The position numbers and the translations under genes were made by a program. A DNA stretch of 20,000 nt from an uncultured virus (IMG/VR IMGVR_UViG_3300021959_000024). Its lineage: Duplodnaviria > Heunggongvirae > Uroviricota > Caudoviricetes. This document shows positions 13,586 to 20,000 of this stretch, in pieces. The notes under the pieces are model-generated. The model was given only the letters and a program-made list of their open reading frames with translations, ran no database searches and had not been told where the DNA came from. Position 1 is the stretch's first letter, and every line of letters begins with the position of its first letter. The stretch lies in IMG/VR virus record IMGVR_UViG_3300021959_000024; one strand, 5' to 3'.

Positions 13586-14039
13586 TGGGTGTTCAATATT
13601 TGGCGAAAAGAAAGTAGAGATTGTAACAAAGCCTGTCAAAATTGATATAATTCAACCTACACTTCCAAGAGAGATGCAGCTAGGGGTTCCTAATGTATAC
13701 GTTGTGTCTGAGGCTATTATAACTAATCCATGTAAAAAAGTATTACAAGAAGATGGATCCGAAAAAAGACCTAAAGCATGTGATCAATCGGAAAGAGAAA
13801 ATCCTGAGTGGCCAGTTGGATACACATACTTAGATAGATTCCTGGACGAAATGAAAACTCTTAACGATGGTAGCGTAGTATTTGTCGCAATGACTATTAA
13901 AGATTACGAAGTAATTTCAGCTAACATGCAAGAGATTAGACGTTATGTTAGAGAGTTAGGTGAGGTGATAGTTTATTATAGAAATGTTACAATTAATGAC
14001 GAACCAGCCGTAGCTATCGAATCGGAAATAAATAAATAG
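13539..14039 (+). CDS. Putative outer-membrane spanin lipoprotein (Rz1-like)
   Basis: SD GGAGGA before ATG 13539. Signal MIARTLLLLMTLLTISG-C with lipobox; C-terminal DYEVISANMQEIRRYV...VIVYY. Confidence 0.7.
   Translation: MIARTLLLLMTLLTISGCSIFGEKKVEIVTKPVKIDIIQPTLPREMQLGVPNVYVVSEAIITNPCKKVLQEDGSEKRPKACDQSERENPEWPVGYTYLDRFLDEMKTLNDGSVVFVAMTIKDYEVISANMQEIRRYVRELGEVIVYYRNVTINDEPAVAIESEINK
14031..14038 (+). promoter_or_regulatory. Late-promoter-like box (AATAAATA)
   Basis: One mismatch; overlaps the upstream stop; followed by SD AGGAGG. Confidence 0.5.
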
Positions 14040-14053
14040 ATCCAGGAGGATCT

Positions 14054-14338
14054 ATGATTTCATTTTTACTTTCAATACTTAAAAATATTGTTCTTAAGCT
14101 AGCAACTACGGGAGCATTCTCGTTTCTACAACCATGGCTATTGAAGGTAGATAAGTGGTGTGAAGATAAGTTAGGTATTGATATCATAGTGCAGGATAAA
14201 AAGTTCCAAGATAAATATCCTCTAATCGCAGAAAGGATTAGCCACCTTGAAGCAGACAGTCATCCACCAATTTGTTTACAAGAATTTGATGGATACTCAG
14301 ACCTTCTTAAACGAATAGAAAAACTAGAGAGTAAGTAA
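14054..14338 (+). CDS. Hypothetical protein (94 aa) with hydrophobic/amphipathic N-terminus
   Basis: Strong SD CAGGAGGA; abuts the next gene. Confidence 0.7.
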   Translation: MISFLLSILKNIVLKLATTGAFSFLQPWLLKVDKWCEDKLGIDIIVQDKKFQDKYPLIAERISHLEADSHPPICLQEFDGYSDLLKRIEKLESK

Positions 14339-14674
14339 ATGGCACAGGACATAGAGCACTTATATAAAGTCATTGATAAGTTAGATACAGCAATAGAAAA
14401 ATTGTCCGATGTGTCTACCGACATTAAATCTATACTAGCAGTTCATGAACAAAGACTTGACCAAACTGAAACAATTATGGAAAGACATTTTGTTCAAATG
14501 GATGCAGTTCACAATAGGGTATCATCTCTAAGAGACGATATGAATGCAACTCAAAAAGAGCTTATTGAGATGATTAACGACATCAATAAATGGCGCTGGC
14601 AGGTGATGGGTGCAGCAGCTGTTATTGCTGCTTTAATTTCTATGATTAGTGAGATAATGCCTGCATTGAGTTGA
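14339..14674 (+). CDS. Coiled-coil protein with a C-terminal TM helix (XhlA/holin-like architecture)
   Basis: Heptad-rich body followed by KWRWQVMGAAAVIAALISMI. Confidence 0.65.
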   Translation: MAQDIEHLYKVIDKLDTAIEKLSDVSTDIKSILAVHEQRLDQTETIMERHFVQMDAVHNRVSSLRDDMNATQKELIEMINDINKWRWQVMGAAAVIAALISMISEIMPALS

Positions 14675-14699
14675 CCTGTAACGCACGTTACTGTATAAT
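14671..14699 (+). promoter_or_regulatory. Sigma70-type promoter for the primase-nrd block
   Basis: TTGACC-N17-TATAAT, with TG just upstream of the -10; palindrome within the spacer. Confidence 0.8.
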
Positions 14700-14707
14700 T
14701 GTTCGTT

Positions 14708-15745
14708 ATGGAGTGGTTACAGCGTAAGTATATTTTATTATTATCTAGTCAGCTAGAGATGTTTAAAGAGAGGAACGGTGCGTTCAACTTTAGATGTCCT
14801 ATCTGTGGTGACAGTAAGAAAAACAAATCAAAAGCTAGAGGATACTTTCTTAAAAGGGATGGAAAGTATCACTATATGTGCCACAACTGTGAAGCAAATA
14901 GAACAGTTGAGAATTTTATTAAAGATGTTAACCCATCATTACTTCATGAGTACAAGTTAGAGCTACTAAAAGAAACTAACGACATTACTAGATCCCTTCC
15001 ATCAGCTGCAGACGATGCTGCAGACGTGATGAGTAAATTTCAGAGTAAACCAACTTTCTCGTTAGGAAGTAAACCTCTGAAACAATTGAAGGCCATTTCT
15101 CAATTGCACTATGATCATCCGGCAGTTAGGTATATCAAGTCAAGAGGGATCCCTTCTAAATTACATTATAAAATATTCTATGTCCCTAATGGGTATCAAT
15201 GGGCAAAGGAATGGTTACCAGAAAAGTTTACATTGGATTGGAATGGAAAGGATCCAAGAGTAGTACTTCCATTGGTAGGTAAAGATAAAAAATGCTATGG
15301 AGCTATTGGAAGAGCAATAGGGTCATCCGAGCAAAGATACTTAAAACTTAATTGGTCTGACGATTCTGGTTTTGTGTATGGTCTTGATAGTATAGACATT
15401 AGCAAAACTGTATATGTAATGGAAGGTCAATTTGATAGTATGTTTATTCCAAACAGTATTGCTGTTGGTAGTATGGCATATGACTTAGTTAAGAAACATT
15501 TACCGACAGAAGATGTAGTGATTGTTCTTGACAATGAGCCACGTAGTCCTTTCAATGTTAAGCAGCTGCAAAAAGCTGTCGATCATGGATACAAAGTTTG
15601 TGTGTGGCCATCTCATATCAAACAGAAAGATATTAATGATATGATTTTGGCTGGATATGATCCAGCAGACGTAAAAGTTATTATAGATACTAATACGCAC
15701 CAAGGTTTGAAGGCTAAGCTAGCAATATCGGCTTGGAAAATTTAG
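14708..15745 (+). CDS. gp61: T4 gp61-like DNA primase
   Basis: Zinc finger FRCPICGDS...YMCHNC; TOPRIM motifs VMEGQFDS, LDNEPR and KDINDM. ATG 14708 lies downstream of the -10 box. Confidence 0.95.
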   Translation: MEWLQRKYILLLSSQLEMFKERNGAFNFRCPICGDSKKNKSKARGYFLKRDGKYHYMCHNCEANRTVENFIKDVNPSLLHEYKLELLKETNDITRSLPSAADDAADVMSKFQSKPTFSLGSKPLKQLKAISQLHYDHPAVRYIKSRGIPSKLHYKIFYVPNGYQWAKEWLPEKFTLDWNGKDPRVVLPLVGKDKKCYGAIGRAIGSSEQRYLKLNWSDDSGFVYGLDSIDISKTVYVMEGQFDSMFIPNSIAVGSMAYDLVKKHLPTEDVVIVLDNEPRSPFNVKQLQKAVDHGYKVCVWPSHIKQKDINDMILAGYDPADVKVIIDTNTHQGLKAKLAISAWKI

Positions 15746-15753
15746 GAGATACG

Positions 15754-16170
15754 ATGTACGAGTATAAAGTAAAAATAAGAAGAGTGGTCGATGGTGATAC
15801 AGTAGACGTTGACATTGATTTAGGTTTTGGAGTATGGTTACAAAATGAAAGAGTTCGACTGTTTGGTGTAGATACTCCTGAAAGCAGAACCAGAGACAAA
15901 GAAGAAAAAAAATATGGTCTAGCAGCTAAAGCATTCCTTAAAGGTGTTCTTAAGTCTGGTGATGTAACATTAAGAACTACAAAAGATGGAAAAGGTAAAT
16001 TTGGTAGAATCCTTGGTACCTTTTGGGTCGAAGAAAATGGCGGTACCAGTAGAGCAAATGTCAACTATATGTTAGTTGAGAATCATCATGCTGTAGAATA
16101 TTATGGTCAGAGTAAGGACGAAATTGCAGAACAGCATTTAGAGAATAGAAAGTTAGTACAATTATCTTAG
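15754..16170 (+). CDS. Thermonuclease (staphylococcal-nuclease-like)
   Basis: RVVDGDTVD, RLFGVDTPE and KFGRILG motifs; SD AGGAG before ATG 15754. Confidence 0.9.
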   Translation: MYEYKVKIRRVVDGDTVDVDIDLGFGVWLQNERVRLFGVDTPESRTRDKEEKKYGLAAKAFLKGVLKSGDVTLRTTKDGKGKFGRILGTFWVEENGGTSRANVNYMLVENHHAVEYYGQSKDEIAEQHLENRKLVQLS

Positions 16171-16179
16171 GTTTATATT

Positions 16180-18474
16180 ATGGTAAAAGAAACGTTAGTT
16201 ACAAAACGTGACGGGAGCAAAGAGTCTCTCGATTTAGAAAAGCTACACAAAGTTATATTTTACGCTTGTGATAACATCACAGGTGTATCTCCATCTCAAG
16301 TAGAGCTTAATTCACATATCTCATTCTTTAATGGGATTACATCTGCAGATATCCAAGAAACAATGATCAAAGCAGCCGCAGACTTAATTTCTGAGGAAAC
16401 CCCTAACTATCAGTTAGTTGCTGGTAGATTAATTACATATCACTTACGTAAACAAGTGTACGGTCAATTCGAACCGCCACCTTTACTTGATATAGTGAAA
16501 CGTAACATAGAAAACAAAATGTATGATCCAGAACTATTATTATGGTATAAGCCAGAAGAAATAGAAGAGATGGATTCGTGGATTGATCATTCTCGTGATG
16601 AGAATTACACATACGCTGCTATGGAACAGTTTAGAGGAAAGTATCTAGTTCAAGACAGATACAACAAAATGATATATGAAACACCTCAAGTAGCACTAAT
16701 GTTGATTGGAGCTACGCTTTTTCATAGATACGATACAGATAGACTTAAGTGGGTCAAAGAGTTCTATGAGAGTGTAAGTAAATTTGAGATTTCATTACCT
16801 ACACCAATTATGGCTGGTGTTAGAACTTCAGTAAGACAGTTTAGTTCATGTGTCTTAATCGAGACTGGTGACTCGTTAGATTCTATCAACGCTACTGCAG
16901 GAGCAATTGTCAAGTATGTTTCAAAGAGAGCTGGAATTGGAATTGGTGCAGGATCTATCCGAGCAATTGGAAGTAGTATCAACGGCGGTCATGCTACTCA
17001 CACTGGCGTTATTCCGTTTTTCAAGCACTTCCAGTCTGCTGTCAGAAGTTGCAGTCAAGGTGGTGTCCGTGGTGGTGCTGCCACTCTTTATTATCCTATA
17101 TGGCATCTTGAAGTTGAAGATTTATTGGTGCTTAAAAACAATAAAGGGACCGAAGACAATAGGATTAGACATTTAGACTATGGAGTCCAGTTTAACAAAG
17201 TCTTCTATGAAAGATTGCTTGCAGGAAAGGAGATCACATTATTCTCACCAAGTGAGGTGCCCGAATTGTGGGAACCCTTCTTTACTGACGTGGAGCGATT
17301 TAGGACTCTCTATGAAGCAGCCGAACGGAAAACAAGCATTCGTAAGAAGAGAGTTCCTGCAATCGAATTATTCTCATCCTTCATGCAAGAAAGGAAAGAT
17401 ACAGGACGTATATATTTGATGAATGTAGACCATGCTAACGACCATGGTTCATTCATTGCAGAAAAAGCTCCAATTAAACAATCTAACTTATGCTGTGAGA
17501 TTAATTTACCTACTAAACCACTAAACAACATTATGGATGCAGAAGGTGAGATTAGTCTCTGTACACTGGCAGCAATAAACTGGGGAGTGATCAAATCTCC
17601 TAAAGACTTTAAGCGTCCAGCTGAATTGTTAGTAAGAGCATTAGATGAGCTATTGGATTATCAAAGCTATCCAGTACTAGCTGCCCACGCATCAACAATG
17701 GCAAGACGTCCGTTAGGTATTGGAATTATAAACTTTGCATATTGGATGGCTAAAAACAATATGACATATTCTGATCCTAATTTAGAAATGATTGATGAAT
17801 GGGCTGAAGCATGGTCATACTACTTAATCAAAGCATCTGCCAAACTAGCCAAAGAAGTCGGCTCATGTGGATTGAGTGAAGAAACAAAGTATCATCAAGG
17901 TGTATTGCCTATTGATACGTATAAGAAAGAATTAAATGAACTTGTACCACATAAAGAACGAATGGACTGGGACTCAGTAAGAAGTTTACTAAAAGAAAAT
18001 GGTGTAAGAAATAGTACCTTGATGGCATTGATGCCAAGCGAAACATCTAGTCAGATATCTAATGCAACTAATGGTATTGAACCACCAAGAGCATTAGTAT
18101 CAATCAAGCAAAGTAAAGATGGTGTACTTAAACAAGTAGTGCCGTCAATACATAAATTAAAAAACAAATATGAGCTACTATGGGATCAAAAGAGTCCTAG
18201 TGGATACTTAGATATTTGTGCTGTATTGCAAAAGTATGTTGATCAGGGTATTAGTGTTAACACATCATACAATCCTCAGTTCTTTGAGGATGAAAAGATT
18301 CCTATGAGTGTCTTACTACAAGATATGATTAAGTTCTACAAGTATGGTGGTAAACAATTATACTACTTTAACACATATGATGGAGCTACTGATGAAGTAG
18401 AGGAACCAGCACATCCATATGTAGAGCAAGATAAGCCATTAGAAGAAGAGGATTGCGAATCGTGCGTGCTTTAG
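16180..18474 (+). CDS. nrdA: Ribonucleotide reductase class Ia, alpha subunit
   Basis: N-terminal ATP cone (VTKRDG), QFSSCVLI, SQGGVRGG, active site QSNLCCEI, LMPSETSSQI, KQLYY and C-terminal CESC. Confidence 0.97.
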   Translation: MVKETLVTKRDGSKESLDLEKLHKVIFYACDNITGVSPSQVELNSHISFFNGITSADIQETMIKAAADLISEETPNYQLVAGRLITYHLRKQVYGQFEPPPLLDIVKRNIENKMYDPELLLWYKPEEIEEMDSWIDHSRDENYTYAAMEQFRGKYLVQDRYNKMIYETPQVALMLIGATLFHRYDTDRLKWVKEFYESVSKFEISLPTPIMAGVRTSVRQFSSCVLIETGDSLDSINATAGAIVKYVSKRAGIGIGAGSIRAIGSSINGGHATHTGVIPFFKHFQSAVRSCSQGGVRGGAATLYYPIWHLEVEDLLVLKNNKGTEDNRIRHLDYGVQFNKVFYERLLAGKEITLFSPSEVPELWEPFFTDVERFRTLYEAAERKTSIRKKRVPAIELFSSFMQERKDTGRIYLMNVDHANDHGSFIAEKAPIKQSNLCCEINLPTKPLNNIMDAEGEISLCTLAAINWGVIKSPKDFKRPAELLVRALDELLDYQSYPVLAAHASTMARRPLGIGIINFAYWMAKNNMTYSDPNLEMIDEWAEAWSYYLIKASAKLAKEVGSCGLSEETKYHQGVLPIDTYKKELNELVPHKERMDWDSVRSLLKENGVRNSTLMALMPSETSSQISNATNGIEPPRALVSIKQSKDGVLKQVVPSIHKLKNKYELLWDQKSPSGYLDICAVLQKYVDQGISVNTSYNPQFFEDEKIPMSVLLQDMIKFYKYGGKQLYYFNTYDGATDEVEEPAHPYVEQDKPLEEEDCESCVL

Positions 18475-19559
18475 GTAAAAATAAAAAGACACATACAGAA
18501 AGAAAGATGTTCTTTGACGGAGATGTTGAAGTAGCAAGATATGACGTGGTCAAGTATCCACCAATTGAAAAAATTACGGACAAACAATTAGGTTTCTTTT
18601 GGAGACCTGAAGAGGTAGACATCCTAAGGGATGCTAACGACTTTGATAAGTTAACAGAACAAGAACAGCACATATTTACCTCAAACTTAAAGAGGCAAAT
18701 AGTCCTAGACTCAGTTCAGGGTAGAGCTCCTAACTTAGCGTTTCTACCACTCGTGTCTCTACCCGAACTCGAGACTTGGATTGAAACATGGTCATTCTTT
18801 GAAACCATTCATAGTAGATCATACACACACATCATTAGGAACGTATATTCTAATCCTGATGAAGTGTTTGATAACATTATGAACATTAAACCAATCGTTG
18901 AGTGTGGTACTGACATTAGTAAGTTCTATGATAACCTCATGTCGTTTCCACAACATGAAGGACTTGGATCTGGTCAGAAACACTTTGGAACATATGAGCA
19001 TAAGAAAGCATTGTGGTTAGCCCTTAATGCGGTTAATGCATTAGAAGGTATACGCTTTTACGTATCATTTGCATGTAGTTGGGCTTTTGCTGAACTCAAG
19101 AAGATGGAAGGTAATGCAAAGATTATTAAGTTTATTGCAAGAGATGAGAACACACACCTAGCAGGTACTCAAACAATTATTAAGAGACTGCCAATGGATG
19201 ATCCAGACTTTGCAAAGATTAAGAATGAATGCGAGCAAGATGTTCAGGACATTTTTGCAGACGTAGTTAAACAAGAAAGTGAGTGGGCTGAATACTTATT
19301 TGAAAAAGGAAGTATGATTGGCTTGAATGCTGACTTGTTAAAGCAATATGTAGAGTGGATTGCATGTAAGAGAATGAGAGCACTAGGTATTCCATGTCCA
19401 TATGAAGTGCCTGCAGCTAACCCTCTTCCATGGACACAGAAATGGATTGCGGGAGGTGATGTTCAAGTTGCACCACAAGAAACAGAGATTAGCTCCTATG
19501 TTGTAGGTGGTGTGAAGAAAGATGTCAGTCAAGACTCTTTCAAAGGACTATCACTATAA
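18462..19559 (+). CDS. nrdB: Ribonucleotide reductase class Ia, beta subunit
   Basis: FFWRPEEVD, LDSVQGR, ETIHSRSY (radical Tyr), LEGIRFYVSF, RDENTH and VAPQETEISSY. Probable GTG start at 18462 after SD GAGGA; exact start uncertain. Confidence 0.96.
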   Translation: MRALGKNKKTHTERKMFFDGDVEVARYDVVKYPPIEKITDKQLGFFWRPEEVDILRDANDFDKLTEQEQHIFTSNLKRQIVLDSVQGRAPNLAFLPLVSLPELETWIETWSFFETIHSRSYTHIIRNVYSNPDEVFDNIMNIKPIVECGTDISKFYDNLMSFPQHEGLGSGQKHFGTYEHKKALWLALNAVNALEGIRFYVSFACSWAFAELKKMEGNAKIIKFIARDENTHLAGTQTIIKRLPMDDPDFAKIKNECEQDVQDIFADVVKQESEWAEYLFEKGSMIGLNADLLKQYVEWIACKRMRALGIPCPYEVPAANPLPWTQKWIAGGDVQVAPQETEISSYVVGGVKKDVSQDSFKGLSL

Positions 19560-19753
19560 TGCCACAACGACTAGAATTGCCGTTGTGGAAACCAAGGGAA
19601 GCAACTCCTGAGGAATGTCGACAATGGATGGAAGAAGAGTTAAAGCCACAAGCAGATATGTCACTTCAGTACGTTGTTGTAGCAAGTATAGTTCAAGCAT
19701 GCTGTCTTGGTTTCATGTTTAGTATGTTTTGGGTGATTGATAAATTAGTATAA
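19559..19753 (+). CDS. Small hypothetical membrane protein (64 aa)
   Basis: TAATG coupling to nrdB; one C-terminal hydrophobic helix. Confidence 0.55.
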   Translation: MPQRLELPLWKPREATPEECRQWMEEELKPQADMSLQYVVVASIVQACCLGFMFSMFWVIDKLV

Positions 19754-19762
19754 GGAAAGATT

Positions 19763-20000
19763 ATGAAGAAAAATGATATTGTAACCATTATTGCTCCAAT
19801 GGGAGAGTTTGTAGGAAAGATCGTAGAGATTGATGAGAAAGGTATTTTGTTATCGGATCCTAGATTAGTTGTGTCAGGAGAACAAGGTCTTGGGTTTGCC
19901 CATGGTATTGCTCAGACAGGTGAGATGCAACCTAAAGAGGTTCTGTTCCAACAGTTTGCTTTTGTGACGCCTACTAACAAAGAAGTAGAAGCAGCATGGA
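19763..20000 (+). CDS. Hypothetical protein, possibly Sm/LSm-like fold; 3'-truncated and absent from the ORF track
   Basis: SD TAAGGA; reads MKKNDIVTIIAPMGEFVGKIVEIDEKGILLSDPRLVV... open to the window end. Confidence 0.7.
   Translation, partial: MKKNDIVTIIAPMGEFVGKIVEIDEKGILLSDPRLVVSGEQGLGFAHGIAQTGEMQPKEVLFQQFAFVTPTNKEVEAAW

Noticed and set aside
2529..15753. ORF-track upstream starts at 2529, 8135, 9874, 13488, 14699 and 15733
   Set aside because: They overlap upstream genes or promoter boxes; downstream ATGs (2562, 8177, 9919, 13539, 14708, 15754) fit SD or promoter positions better.
2114..19001. Numerous short antisense or alternate-frame ORFs (e.g. 2114-2512, 8407-8649, 11067-11522, 15714-16064, 16907-17176, 17310-17594)
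   Set aside because: They lie within or largely overlap well-supported + strand genes and look like codon-bias shadows.
16180..19559. Intron, intein or homing endonuclease in nrdA/nrdB, as is common in T4-like phages
   Set aside because: Both ORFs are uninterrupted and of normal length (764 aa and ~365 aa); their short overlap is ordinary translational coupling.

Overview
This AT-rich window looks like part of a T4-like (myovirus) dsDNA phage genome, probably infecting a Gram-negative host. All credible genes lie on the + strand. In order: the 3' end of a NodU/CmcH-type carbamoyltransferase; a candidate ~105-nt structured non-coding RNA with its own late-promoter-like box and terminator; small early genes behind repeated sigma70 promoters; and a SleB-like cell-wall hydrolase. 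A late block follows, marked by T4 gp55-type (N)ATAAATA boxes. It encodes a PD-(D/E)XK-like nuclease, a KxDG ligase-like nucleotidyltransferase, a 972-aa modular protein with an HxGH nucleotidyltransferase domain behind a structured RNA leader, several probable internal-head proteins, virion structural proteins and a spanin pair. The window ends with DNA primase gp61, a thermonuclease, class Ia ribonucleotide reductase nrdA/nrdB and two small ORFs. The most interesting candidates are the late nuclease + ligase-like + nucleotidyltransferase module with probable prohead-protease-processed polyproteins, and the two unexplained structured RNAs (577-681 and 5189-5254). Family assignments come from motif recognition by eye; no searches were run.
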